Of a stretch of 64,000 nucleotides of DNA, positions 1 through 13,073 are shown one piece after another. This DNA is from Spizellomyces punctatus DAOM BR117 (taxonomy: Eukaryota): NCBI GenBank assembly GCA_000182565.2, contig KQ257453.1; one strand, written 5' to 3'. A program made the translations under genes and the position numbers. The notes below the pieces were generated by a model. That model saw only the letters and a list, made by a program, of their open reading frames with translations, had not been told where the DNA came from and did not search any database. Positions within the stretch are counted from its first letter, which is position 1; every line of letters starts with the position of its first letter.

Positions 1-97
1 TCCGCTGATTGCTCTGATTCCCCGACGCCCGCTGACTTTGGAGGTATGCGGACAGGTATGACCGTAGTCGTTCGTAATGCGTACTAGCGATATCCAT
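1..97 (-). CDS. 5' end of a probable Spa2/GIT (SHD-domain) polarity protein, continuing off the left edge
   Basis: ATG at 97 opens MDIASTHYERLRSYLSAYLQSQRASGNQSNQR.., resembling the 'HY/F..L..YL' helix that precedes the Spa2 homology domain in fungal Spa2 proteins. A probable 5'UTR intron spans ~101-499 (GTAAGG...CAG). Only 32 codons are visible. Confidence 0.45.
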   Translation of the reverse strand, partial: MDIASTHYERLRSYLSAYLQSQRASGNQSNQR

Positions 98-457
98 GAC
101 CTGTATAGTATCTCTCCCATTAGAGTCTCAAATACTCGACCTTTTTGTCCGAAATGCCAAACTTACTTGATCCTGTGACATGATGTTGGGGTGATAGGGA
201 ATAGTATTCTCGTAATGGCCCAATGTTCGGACGGAAATGCGGGGTATGAAAAAGTCTCACACTATGGGATATATGGCGGTTTTCTTTGTAAATTGTTTCG
301 CAAGAGGTATCAACCGTAATGTGTTCTATAAAAGAGTTCTTCCCAAAGGACGGCCAAAAAGATGGTGATGGCCGCGCAAAGAAAAAAACTGGTTTTTGGC
401 GGCCGGCCGCGTCCAAGACCCAAGTTACGATTTTCAACCCGTTCGTTTTATCGCCTT

Positions 458-476
458 GTCGTCGTCGTCGTCGTCG
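458..476. repeat. (GTC)6 microsatellite
   Basis: gtcgtcgtcgtcgtcgtcg seen directly. Confidence 0.9.
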
Positions 477-1212
477 CTTGCAACTCTAGTTGTCCTTACT
501 AAAGCCCGCTTCCTCCAAACCCTCTATAAGAAAAAGCCCCGCTCGAAAGGCAAAAAAAAAAAACTAATGGGCCAAAAGGGCTTTTCGTCCGCTTCCCGCG
601 GTTGGAAGTAGTTATTGATTTTTGGTAACAACCGCTAGTCATGTGATATTGATTATGGAAGGATTTCATTCTTTGCCTTTTGGCTTTTAGTTTTCTTGTA
701 GGTGATGCATGGCGATGGAGAAGTGTGCTGACGGTTCGGTTGCATGCTTGTTTTTGTGTTGTTGTTGTTGAAGGGCTGCTTGAGCTCATTGCATTGGATT
801 GGAAACAATGTCCATTTGCGCGATAGCAGGCCCATCTGAACGCTTCACACTCTACAAGCACACTTGGCCCCATGTAACACTTGATAACTTTTTGCTCGTT
901 CATTCCATGTAAACCCATTGGCATATATCTGGGAATGAACCACCCATATATCAACTCAAAACTCTAGCATCCATACCGATTTGGTGCATACTCTGGCAAC
1001 TTGCAAACTAGTGGTTAAAATAGACCCTAACATGACCCCATTGGACACACGATCAACTGTATCCATTGTCCGCCCACATTTCAAAAAATCCCAACTAGAA
1101 CAGTTACTTGATCATATCCACCTGAAATATAGGTTTCTCATCATAAACATTTCTAGTGCGTATCTGTTCCACTTTTGTATTTTTCTACTGTCCTTTCCAA
1201 AAAACCCAAGCA

Positions 1213-1954
1213 ATGGGCCACGGCACCAGCAAGCCCGTCAAGGCTAGCACACCACCTCCTCCACAACCTCCACAAGATCCCCGCCCAGGCCGCACCGTCC
1301 TCTCCACAGACCCCCCACAAAAGCCCAAGCAGTACGTTTCTGACGGACCACCTGGATTCTTACCCTACGATGATAGAGAGGAAGAAGAACAAGAACGTGC
1401 GAACCGAGACCGCAAGGAACGAGAACGCTTGGAACGGGAACGTTTGGAACGAGAGCAAGTAGACAAGGATCGACTGGATAGAGCACGTAGGGATAAAGAA
1501 CATTCAGAACGGAACAGAGAAAAAGACAAGAATGTTATGCCACCCTCCCGAACTCCTCATCTTGCTGGTAAAAGTCACCGTTCTCCACTATTTTATCGCA
1601 GGAAAAGTCCAATGCACTGCCCCCACACTAACTACTTGTCTCTTTTTTTGTTAGATTCTACCACATTTATACCCCTCTCCCCAACACCCCGCCATACCCA
1701 CACCGACACAAAACCCAAATTCGATAAAGAAAAATTCAAAAAAGCAAATAAAGATCCCGTATGTCCATTTCCTTTCAAATTCCTTCGAGTGTTTGCCTAT
1801 ACTTATATTTTGTCGATAGCCTCCACAACAGGAAACAACCACAATACCTCACCGTGACCCACTCTTTTTGGATGAAAGTGATGAGGATTTCATGGCAGAG
1901 ATTTTACGGGAAACGGATTTTGTCGCCTTGGATCGAGCTCGAGGTGTTGTCTAA
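1213..1954 (+). CDS. Hypothetical N-myristoylated low-complexity protein with a cystin-like C-terminal motif (3 exons)
   Basis: Starts MGHGTSK (MGxxxSK myristoylation consensus), then Pro-rich and R/E-rich segments. Introns 1568-1654 and 1759-1819 (GT..AG) give an open frame ending ...LFLDESDEDFMAEILRETDFVALDRARGVV*. Confidence 0.7.
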
Positions 1955-2094
1955 CCTTGTTTTTGTTTCTTGTTATTATAAAAACAGAAAGTTGAAATGG
2001 TGCTCTAGTTATGCATGTCCCAAAAACACAAAATGCTTTTTGTATTGCGATTTTTTTATGTTGCAAAATGTCAAAAACAAAATATTTTTGTTTC

Positions 2095-2433
2095 TTAATG
2101 AGTTCGATGCCGACGGGTATGATACCTCGCCTCCCGATTATCTACTCCAGCATTCGGCTGCAATTTATGATCCAAATGCAAATTCCGTTCATGTTCCTAT
2201 TACAAACTCACATCAACTCGTTCGAAACATGTACTTTAAATGGGGCAATGTCTTACATGATGTTTGGCCTCTTCGGCAGCGGGAGGTCCTCGTCCATATT
2301 CCGCCAAGGAGGCCACAGCGGGGTCGCGTTCGATACCCAGTTCAGAGAGACGGGGTGGGTCGGGTTCGAGAGGGACGCCCGGTGCGCGGGGGGGAGCGGG
2401 GACTTCGAATTCGCGGAGGCTTTTGTGGGTCAT
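2095..2433 (-). CDS. Small two-exon hypothetical protein (~92 aa)
   Basis: ATG at 2433. Exon 1 (59 codons) ends at a GTAAGA donor (2256); TAG acceptor at 2197; exon 2 is in frame: EHERNLHLDHKLQPNAGVDNREARYHTRRHRTH*. Confidence 0.55.
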
Positions 2434-2625
2434 TTTTGTGTGATATGGGTGGGTTTTGGAAAACGATCCAAAGGTTTATAAACTGGGAGCAACAAAGGTA
2501 CGTGATGCTGCTTTTGTCATTTTTATTACGTATCGCTTGGAGCAAGTGTGTGCGTAAAAAAGCTTAACATTTAGGGTTCTTTGTAACAATAGGCTTCAAT
2601 AGGATTATCACAATCGAGTAACGCC

Positions 2626-5273
2626 TTACATCGCAACAAACTCTTCCAAATCCACATCCATAAAATACCCAGTTCCATCTGGCCTCATTCGCAGCTCAAT
2701 AGGTTCACTACTTAAAGCACATTCTACCCACCGTCGCACGTCATTCACACGCACTTGTTCTCCCCCAACGCCATCCCACCCACACCCAAGTAACCTCCTC
2801 CACAACGGATTGATACCCCCATCTTCAGTCCCGACCGCATGTCCAGATTCCACAAGAACGTACACGCCTCCACAACCAACAGTTTGAACGAGCGCCAAAA
2901 AGGGATTCAACGGCTTTTGACCAATCGTGAAATGGACGGACTGAACGGCCCCTTGGATCGGATGTGTAAGTGCTGGAAGGGTACAACCATTCCGCCGCAA
3001 AAAGGACTGGTCTAGCCCCTCGCTGTGCGCGAGTATATACCGGGTAGCGACTTGACATGCAGCACGATGCGCAAGCACACTTTCATGGATATTGTGGGGG
3101 TAACTCAAATCAACCGTCATCACCAAGGATAAAAGCGAAGACGACACGGTTGATTCAGTGTTCAGATCGCGTAACACACATGCATCCATAACCGCCTGCC
3201 ATCCATTCGACAACGCATCATCAAAAGGCAAGGTCGCAATAATCTCACCAGTATGTACGACAACAATATACGACACGGGCTGATTCCAATCCAATCCCGA
3301 TTCCCCGCCGTCTCGATCCTTACCTTCCAAACTCGACTGAACAGTCCGTGACCAAACCCTCGCAAAATCCCTACACAAAACTCTCACCTTCTCCACAACC
3401 GGCATCCCCAACACAACCCCCCGAGTCCTCGTCCCACCCGCCTGTCTCAAAAACAGGGCAACCCAAACCCGTCGTGCAATATCCAACTCATCTGGATGAT
3501 TATTGCATTTGAGCATATTGACGTGCAACCCGCAAAACACATCCTTTAAACACGTTCTTGAATGCATGTATAGCTTTCCGATCCAGCTGGCACCATGCCA
3601 CTGAACCTTTTGGGCAAAATCGAGATATCGATACACGTACCACCCCTTGTACGAGCACTTGCAACCGTCATCAGAGATGATCTCTGCAGTTCGACTACCC
3701 GGAAAATGCCTGTACAAATATCGTGAATCTCATTAACCCGTAGTATCGGTCAACTCAAATATACCTCTTGGACAGCATTCCCCAGGATGATGAGGCTTTT
3801 GTAATTAGCCATCACGAATCGACACATGATATGATCTACACCTGATGTCCACTCACCAGCCAAACGCCAGAGCTTTGATACCCGCTCGCATCGTGCAAGA
3901 GTCGCAGCATCTGTTCGTGAGAGAGCCAATGCAAGGTCCCGTACCATTCTTTTTTGCGCGCCTTCAGGAAATGATATACGAGGAAACTCTGTTGGGACGG
4001 GACCTTTTGCACTGGGTGCGTTGATCCATGGTTTTGGTATTGAAATTGCGCAATGCGGCGGTGCATCCTTTGTGGGTGATGGTGATGGTGTTAACGGTTT
4101 AAATGTACCACTCAATAGTATTCCACGCTTCTTGTTGTCAGACGAGGTCGAACCAGGGGGTGTCAGAATGGGGGAAGATACGAGCGGCTTGGTATGTGAG
4201 GTGTTGCAGGGCAGAGTTTGTCCTGTGATTGTAGTAGATTTCGGTTTCAGCAATTGACCGAGTCGACGTATTTTCGTTAGACCGCTCTTGTCGCTCATTG
4301 GAGGTATCCTTGTGGTTTCCGGTCCACGGCTTTCGCTTTTCGTAATATTAGAGATCTTTGGCGCGGCCCTGATGATGTTCTTTTCCTTGTCACTTGATTT
4401 ACCACTTAATGGAGCGGCTTTCCTGACGATCCCAACCTTTGATTTCCCTCCTCCTTTCACTGGTTTGACCGTTGGTTTCAATGCAGCAGGTTGTGTAGTC
4501 GTGAGAGGCGTGAGCTCGTTTGTTTTCCGTGGTGGTTGCACGGTTTCTGTTGTAGCGGGCACTACTGGCCTAGGTGCTACACTACCCTTTGAGGTCCCCA
4601 AAAACGGTAGACATTGGGTGAGCTGTGATTTTGCGGGATTTCCAGTTTCGCCAGTCGTACTTCGGGCGAGACCGGCTTCATTATGAAAGGGTCGCAAGCT
4701 GCTTTCTGATTTCTGCGGTTGGGCAATAGTATCTGATTTGGTCTGGACGTCTACTTTGAAAGCACTGGGTTTTATCGCAGGTAGTCGGGGGACGGTCTCT
4801 GGCTGACTAGACGTGCCCACATCGAGTATCATCCGCTCATCTGGTGACGGTCCGACAGTGGTATCTGACTGACTCGGTGCCCCTTCCACGGCGGCGCCAG
4901 TTAGAACACCAGGCGACACGGCAAAAGGATTGACTGCCGGTATTGTCGGTTCGGTATTCAGAGCCTGTTCCTTAGGAGTCGGCAACTCGACCACCTCCGT
5001 CAAAACATCCTCATCGTCTCCTTTTTTGGCCATTCTCTTCTTTCCACTCCCCTTCCCATCTCCATTCTTCCTTTTCTTTGTAACCTGTTTTGCATTCTCC
5101 CCCGTACATATACTCGCGAGACTCGGAACCGCGTTACCCGACGCAAAGTGAGCTTCCAAACGCGCAATAAGGTCCGCCTTTTTCCCACCAACTGTAAGTC
5201 CATACTCTCTGCAGCGAGCTTTGAGGATGGGAATGGTGAGTTTGGCCAGTGGTATGGGTTCAGTAGATGACAT
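2626..5273 (-). CDS. SAP-domain protein with long disordered linker, F-box-like motif and globular C-terminal domain
   Basis: N-terminal LAKLTIPILKARCREYGLTVGGKKADLIARL matches the SAP consensus. Two short introns near 3.71-3.86 kb join ORF 3750..5339 to ORF 2626..3717 via ..TLARCERVSKLWRLAASSSWGMLSKRHFPG.. Confidence 0.75.
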
Positions 5274-5526
5274 GCTGTGCTTCTTGATGTGGGAATGCTG
5301 AAGGTGCAATTGTCCTATTTTGTGGGATAGCGTAAGCAAACTGGGTGGATCTCCGTTCGAGTTGACATTTTACTTGTGCACGTTAGATTCGTATATGGAG
5401 AGGACCTGTTCATCGTATCATCTGAAATAAAAGCTTTTTTCATTCATATCTTGCTCAGAAGATACAATAAACAACCATTTACTCTTTAATTGCAAGACGC
5501 CATTCATTGGCCAAATAGTAGAATCA

Positions 5527-7401
5527 CTAAAAGTCATTATCATCTTCCTCGCTCCCTTCATCCATACCCAGCCGCTCATCATCCCCAAAATCCACTCCCT
5601 CCCCTTCTTCGTACTCCTCATCCTCCTCCTCTTCTTCATCTTCCTCTTCGTCGTCATTGGATCCATCCTCGTCTCGTATCCCAGCGAATTCATCGTCGAA
5701 GGTGTCGCCGTTTATGATATCAGTTGCGGATATGGAAAGATCGTCGTCCTTTTTTCAGAATCAATGAATGATATTTCAAATAAAAGGGGGGGAGAGAGCG
5801 TACCTCGTCCTCTGGCATTGGCTGATCGCTTTCGGATTCAGTATCGCTGAGGTTGCGCAGGGAGCGACTTCGTTGACCGGCGGCTGTTTCGTGTGCTCGT
5901 CAATTTATGTCATTCAGCGTCAATATGAACTTTTCTCTTACCTTTTGGTCTCGACAGTCTTGCACTCGCAGTCTCTGAGACATATGATGACCCCAATACG
6001 GCTCTCATCTCCTTATCCCCTTTCAAAAGCTTCAACTCTTCTTCTCGTAGACGAGTTTGCATTCTTTTTAAGGATTCTTCCGTTTCCTAGTTTGCAGACA
6101 TCTAATTAATAATGGTTCTTGCCAAATGAAGAACATTTTGAGTATACCTCAAACTTGTCTTGTTCTTGTCGGTTGTATTCGTCCAACTGTTGTTCTAGAT
6201 AAGTTAGATTTCGGAAGCGCTCCATGTACGTTTCATAGAGGTTGGTGAGGTCAGCTTCAATTCGCTCGTACTCGTCCATGTACGCCGGTCTGTGTATCAA
6301 ATATTATACGAGTAAATCAAATCTGTGGCCTGGAAAGCGTACCCATATTTGCATTGAGTATCAAGGTGCATACCTGACGCTCTGTAGACTCTGCAATCTC
6401 TTTTGTGCACGATCAAGCTCCACCTTCTTCTTCTCAATCTTGGACATTAGGTTCGTCTCATCAGCCCCCAAATTGTCCAACCCGCTCCTGGTCGTGCCAA
6501 TTTGGTCCTGAAGTTTGGTGATTGCTTCTCTGACTGATGATTCCATTGCTCGAAGCTCAAAAGGACGGGCAATCACAGAGGATCTAATGTCCTACGATAT
6601 GAAAAGATTTAACGTGATAACCAGGAGAGGAATGTGTCAGTAATTTGGCACGCACCTTGAGTTCCATCTCTTTGCCAAGCAGGTCATATAGCTTTGCACC
6701 GTGCTCCGTTATTTCGGATGCCAGCATCCGACATATTTTGAGTTGTGCAAGTTTGCTCGAGATGTCTAGTGCGGGAGTCTCGGCCGTGTCCTTAGTTATA
6801 ACTTTCAGTAAATAGTGACAGCACACAGCCTGACCCAGTATAGAAATTGCACACCTCGCTCTCAGTTGCTTCAACGGTATTCGCTTCGTAGAGAATGCTC
6901 GCAATCTTCAGTAGCTCTCTCACTGCGTTTCCGTCAGCCATATATAGTTTTCGGGTGTTGAGTTTGATGTGCGCTTTAGGAGCCTGGCGAGATGCCCGTT
7001 AAGTAATTTCTCGTTGATAGTGCGAACCTAGATATCTACCATAAAAGAAGCAATAGACTTGATGAAAATTATACGATCCTGTTCGGTTGAGATATCATCT
7101 GATATGTCGATACTGGGGTCGTAACTGATCACGCAACACAAAAGAGTATTAGGATCCAGCGAAGCACTTTGAATAAACAACCAATATCAGTTCCAGACAC
7201 TCACACCTTTTAACCAGCCAAAGCAGAATTTCGGCCACCATTTCGAAATTAGGTGATCGAAAAGACTCCATCGATACAAGCTTGGGATAACCCAGCGAAC
7301 GCATTTTCTCTGTGAATGCTGCAAGTTTTCGTCAGTTTGTGTACAGATGCAAGTTCAACTGGATGTGGGGGACACGTACATCGAACTTCTCTGTAGGACA
7401 T
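5527..7401 (-). CDS. CLUAP1: Clusterin-associated protein 1 / intraflagellar transport protein IFT38
   Basis: Spliced N-terminus [44 protein letters not shown], internal [37 protein letters not shown] and an acidic tail ending DDNDF* match the CLUAP1/IFT38 family. Confidence 0.93.
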
Positions 7402-7610
7402 GCTGATGCTTTGAGGATGACGGCCGTATGGGTAAACGGAGAGGAGCTAGACTCGAAGATGGTGAACTCCGATTGATGACAAGACGCGTCGTCCGACAGG
7501 CTAACACGATAGCCAGTGACCTACTGTCTCCAGATCATTTTATAGAAAGTGCTGTCCATCGTGACCATATCTTGATGAAACGACGCCGACCCAATCACCA
7601 GTATCCTGTA

Positions 7611-9967
7611 ATGAAATCCGCCGTCTCTCCAGAAAAAGGTGGAGTTCCCCTAATCTTCTTGTTACCGCAGGACACCCGCGAAGCCCTAACCATAACCAAA
7701 AGTCGCCGTCAGAACAATTAACCAACTCCTGACCCGAATCCGTGTCCCTATTAGCCTCACCTCCCTCGCTGACTGCGTTCCGTCATTATGGGTAGCTCTC
7801 TACGAAGGACTCTTTGAGGCTCGCATTCCAGGGATTATCCGTACCAATGCGTCAAGCCATGGTGCCCGAATTCATAACGTCACTTGCGTTCTGGACGAGC
7901 TTGCGACTACGGTTCTTGGGGTGGATTTAGGACACATAAGGGCAGAGGATGTTGTAACGGGGGAGAGAAAAGCTGTTATGAATTTGGTGGAGATATTTGG
8001 GGAACTGGGAAAAGCCATGGACAGGGTGGAAGGGGTCGAAAGCCAGAATGTGTCCAGTGAGCGGCAAGATAAAGGAAAAGGTCCAGTCAGAGAGGAACAG
8101 AGTGCGGAGATGAATTCATATTTTTTGGCAAATGAAGGTGACGACTCATTAGGACTGAACTTGGATGAAGGGTACGGAACTCAACAGATCCCGGAGCTAC
8201 GTGATCTGGCAAATCCACCTGAGGGGGGCCCATCATCAGCAGGCCCATCCGGATACGGTCGTAAATCTAGACCAGAAATCTCTAGTACAACCTTGGAGAT
8301 CCCTTATGAGCCAAAGACAGGTTCTCCGCTTGCATTCACCCAACCCGAGCCCCCACCAAGTCCACCAAAGAAGCGCCGACGTCGTATTCGATCGGGTAGC
8401 ACAGTGTTGACAGATGTTAGGAACGATGTCGAGGAATACCTCCAACAGCAAATGCAACGCGGGCGGGCAAAGGGACGTCATGGCGCCAAAGTAGAAGACA
8501 CACAGAGCACACACTCTGCGCAACCAAGACGATCCAGTACGTCGCCAGTGAAGGTAACAGGCAATTTCTTACCTTTTCTAACATTGCAGGACGCTGATGA
8601 TATTCTGCAGCGCAGTCCTCTCCATCCGCTGCTGAATGTAAATGCCAAAGATACCCCATACACAAAGGCGCTGAAATTACGTCGAGCTCGCTTGTTGCGG
8701 GAACAGAAAGCGCGATCTGGAAAGTCACGACGGGATCATTTACCTCGTCACTCGATAACACCTAAACGACGAGCAACGCTTGCTAAACGACTTCAGGCCA
8801 GACCACTTGAAGGTAGCGATGGAGGTGTCGCTGAGATGGATTATTCAATGGGCATATCAGAACCAGACGATGGAGTATCTGAGCAACAAGATGAAACAGA
8901 CGGGTCTACGACTGAACCTGGCACACCGGCCAAGCCTCTTCCAGAGCGAAACCTGGAAGAATACGAAAAGACTGTTCGAGCTGCTTTACCATCAGCTGAA
9001 ATTCACCCTCGTACTAAAGATCGGGTGTGGAACCAGCAATTGAAAACTTGGGAAAAGGCTTTGGATGACCGGTTATGGAGTGGGACTGTGCGAAATGTAC
9101 GTTCTTGTATGCTTTCACAAATTTGTCCTGCGATTGAATATGTCTTCTTGCGTCCGTATGCAGCACCGAGAAACTCAAAGTGCAATGGACAGCGTCAGGC
9201 CCCTGATACATGCTACAAAGCATTTGCAGACAGACTTGGCTGCTGTAGGTATACTCCCTCCTTGTTGAAGACTCGCTGCGTGCATCTTATATTTCTGGTC
9301 TTGCGACCGTTCCAGCAACGCAGGCGCAAGGAAAGCGAAGCTCTCCGTGTCGTCAAAGCATCAATGCGCGAACAGAAGCGCCGTATCGTCCGCATGGAGA
9401 AACGGCAACGAGATGCGGAATCTGACGTGAAACGATACAAGCAAAAGAAGGCTAGCAAAGATGAGCTTGTACGCACCCAAGTGACCTTAGCACTCATCGT
9501 CCTCATATTAACGCTGTATCGCTCATAGTTAACAGCCAAATTATTCGATACCTACGCCCGCACGGAACGTCAAGCTATCCTTGCCGAACGTCGAGCTCAA
9601 AAAGAAGTTCAAAAGGAACAAGAAAAAGCTCGAAAATTAGCACAGGAGTCTAAGGAAAACTTTTACAAATCCCAAATTGCTCTTCTCATGGAGCAATTAC
9701 AAGAAGCACGGCGGGAAGAAGAGGTTGTTGTCAAGGCCCATGCGGAGGTATGTTTATGCTTCATTTGCCGTCTTATGAAATAATGTTACAATTCTGTTTT
9801 GATAGGAAATGAGACGACTGCTGCAAGACCAGAAGCAAGCAGCTAGGACGCATATTAGGAGGGTAAAAGAAAAGCTCGAGGTTGATGTTGAGGATATGGA
9901 GTTTAGGGAATTGGATGCGGAAAGGGTCGCCCGGGATCTGATGTTTGCCGTTAGACGAAGAAATTGA
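7611..9967 (+). CDS. CEP95: Centrosomal protein CEP95-like (N-terminal CH-like DUF5745 region, C-terminal coiled coil)
   Basis: After intron 7639-7702: INQLLTRIRVPISLTSLADCVPSLWVALYEGLF...HNVTCVLDELATTVLGVDLGHIRAEDVVTGERKAVMNLVEIF. The C-terminal ENFYKSQIALLMEQL parallels the CEP95 ENYYKDQFSLL motif. Confidence 0.8.
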
Positions 9968-10166
9968 GCCTGTGTACATTAATACTGCATATTGCTGATG
10001 TACGTATTCTTAAATACAGGTTATGATAACTTGTATCATACGGGCATGTTCAAAAATCATCTTGCTTAAGTAAGGAGTCGCGTAATCATGCTTTTTGTTT
10101 TTTGATCTGCACCAAAACTACAAAACCAGCCTGGGTGGACCAAAAAGTATTCGTTGTTCAGTCAAA

Positions 10167-13073
10167 ATGCCGTCAGACACGGTGTTCCATCATCGTTCGA
10201 AACTTAAGCAGCAAAACAAGCCTTTCAAGTCTCGACATGCCACGAAAGGCCAATTGAAAACAAAGACGAAAGGTAAATTCACTCTGGAATGGTGCCCAAT
10301 GGGGTTTGGGAATGCACTACTGATCTACTGTTTCGTACAGGCAAAGTGGACAAAGTCGCAGCTTCAGTCAAAAATAAGCACAAGCTATCCTCTAGTAAAG
10401 CAGATCGACGCAACCAAGCCAAAGTTCTTCAGCAAAAGAAGAGACACGACATTGTTACATCGAGTCGACTGTTCTCTGGTGCTCATGGATGTCCTAAAAT
10501 AGTTGCGGTGGTCCCTCTTTGCCCTGACGTGGATTCTCATGCCGTCGTAAAGGACTTGTACGCAAGTGTGGGGCAAGAATACGTGGCTGAGACGGTCAGC
10601 ACGCTGTTTGTAGAACGGTTCAAACAGAAAGTACAATTCGTTGCCACACGCAGGCATTTGCTGGATATCTTGGATGCCGTAAAGGTTGCGGATTTTGTAG
10701 TGTTCGTCGTCTCAGCTGAAGTGGAGGTTGATGGGTTTGGAGAGTTATGTTTGACGACAATCAAGGCGCAAGGCGTACCCTCCACTTTGAGCGTGGTTCA
10801 GGTAGGTTGCCATGCCGATTGTCCTCTAAAGTCAACCTTCCGTGAAATCAGATGATATTAACGGTTGTATTCAGCATCTCGAGAAAATCGCATCCAAAAA
10901 GCAAGTTGACATTCGCAAGTCCCTGATCAGTTATATGGAGCATCACTTTCCCGAAGACGCAAAACTGTTTCACACCGCAGTGGAAGCAGAAGCATTGAGT
11001 GCTTTACGCTTTCTGACCCAACAGCGGCCAAAGCCTATAGTATGGAGAGATAGGCATGCCTACATGTTGGGTGAGCGAGTGGAGTTTGAGGCGAACGAGG
11101 AGGGGGAGGTTGGTTGCCACCCTGTCAACCAAAAATGACGACTCTTGTTCATATTTGCTTGTGGACGTTTCTGTAGGACATGGGCACATTGCAAGTGACG
11201 GGATATGTACGTGGGAACAACTTATCCGCAAACCGACTGATTCACCTTCCGAATCATGGCGATTTTCAAATTAAAATGATTGTATCGTGCCCGGTGGCAT
11301 TCGACACTAAAGACAATACGATGGCGACAGATGCGAGGATTTTGGAGACTCCGGAGCCTGAGCTTCAGGTAGGCTGGCGTGGGTGATTTTTGGGACATGT
11401 CTCCGCCTTGGTGCTGAACTCGACCTTTAGGAATCTCTGGTGACTGAGAATGAGCCGGATCCGATGGACGGAGAGCAAACGTGGCCCACGGCGGAAGAGT
11501 TGCGGGAAGCTGATGGTACGGTCTATTTTGCATACAGATCCAAAGTAAAATACTCACGGCCGTGCATTTGGGTAGAGCGCATTGAGGGAATGGGCGGACC
11601 AGCATCCTCAGACGCCGGAACTGTAACCTCTCGAAAGAAAACCAAAAGAGTCCCAAAAGGTACATCCTCCTATCAGGCGGCTTGGATTGTGGATGAAGAC
11701 GACGATTTGGAGGATGAAGAGGAGGAAGAGGAAGATGAGGATGGTGATGTGGCAATGGGGGACGCCGGTGATATGATGGGAGAACCCGTCGATTGGGCCA
11801 GTATGAATCTCGGTCATGGCGCTGGCTCAACTGAGATTGAGCATGAAGATGATGAGGAATATGAAGATGTGGACGTGGAAGAGCGAGAGATTGCCTACGA
11901 GGAAGAATTGGATGAAGATGAAGAGAACCGGCAGTATAAAGAATATCTGGATAAGCAAAAGCAAGAACGGGAGGATCTAGAATTTCCGGATGAAGTGGAT
12001 ACCCCACAAGAAGTCCCTGCCCGGACGCGGTTCCAACGATATCGAGGATTGAAGAGTTTTCGAACATCCGCTTGGGATCCGTACGAAAACCTGCCGATTG
12101 ACTATTCCCGCATTTTTCAGTTTCACAACTTCAAAAGAACAAAGCGACGTGTGTTGGACAGTCTGGATGAAGCGGGCGTATCTCCGGGAACTTTTGTTAC
12201 GGTACATCTTCAGAACGTGCCCCGAGCAGCATATGGTATGTGTGATTGCAAACTCTGTGCATATTCATTTCGCATCAGCTGAACTTTCAATCAGACGAAC
12301 ACAATAGCAAAACTACCCGCCCCTTCGTTCTCTTCTCCCTTCTTCCCCATGAGCAAAAATACTCTACTCTCAACTTTGTCGTCACACGTAACGCAGAGTA
12401 CACCGAACCCGTCAAATCCAAAGACCCTATGCTTTTGCATTGCGGATTCCGCCGTTACGTAGTACAGCCATTGTACTCGACCAATACGCGCGGTGGTACG
12501 AACAATGTTCATAAATTTGAACGGTTTTTGCAACCGGGTAGATCGGCCGTGGCTACTGTATATGCGCCAATTCAATTTGGGCCTGCTCCAGTTCTGATGT
12601 TCAAATATGATGAGAGTGGACTGGCTTGGGATGATGGTATGTGTTTCTCAACCTGTAGGTGGTCGTGCCGTCAGCGTATCAATGATTTTTGCATTTTAGT
12701 CTCTGCACCACCATTCATTGGCCATGGCTCCATCATCGACCTCGACCCATGCCGCATCGTTGCTAAGCGGATCATCCTCACAGGCCATCCCTTCAAAGTT
12801 CACAAGCGTGGTGCTGTCATCCGATACATGTTCTGGAACCCACAGGATATCAATTATTTCAAGCCTGTCCAATTGGTTACAAAGCTGGGGCGGGTGGGAC
12901 ATATTCGCGAGTCTCTTGGTACACATGGGTATATGAAGTGTATATTTGATGGGCCACTTAAAGGGCAGGATACAGTGTGCATGTATTTGTATAAGCGAGT
13001 ATTTCCCAAGTGGACGACGAGGTTGTATGTAGAGGATGGAGATGCAAAGGACAGTATGAAGATGGATGAATAG
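10167..13073 (+). CDS. TSR1: Pre-rRNA-processing protein TSR1 (Bms1/Tsr1 family)
   Basis: LKQQNKPFKSRHATKG, VPKGTSSYQAAWI, FPDEVDTP..ARTRFQRYRGLKSFRTSAWDPYENLP and GHIRESLGTHGYMKCIFDG motifs over several exons. Confidence 0.96.
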
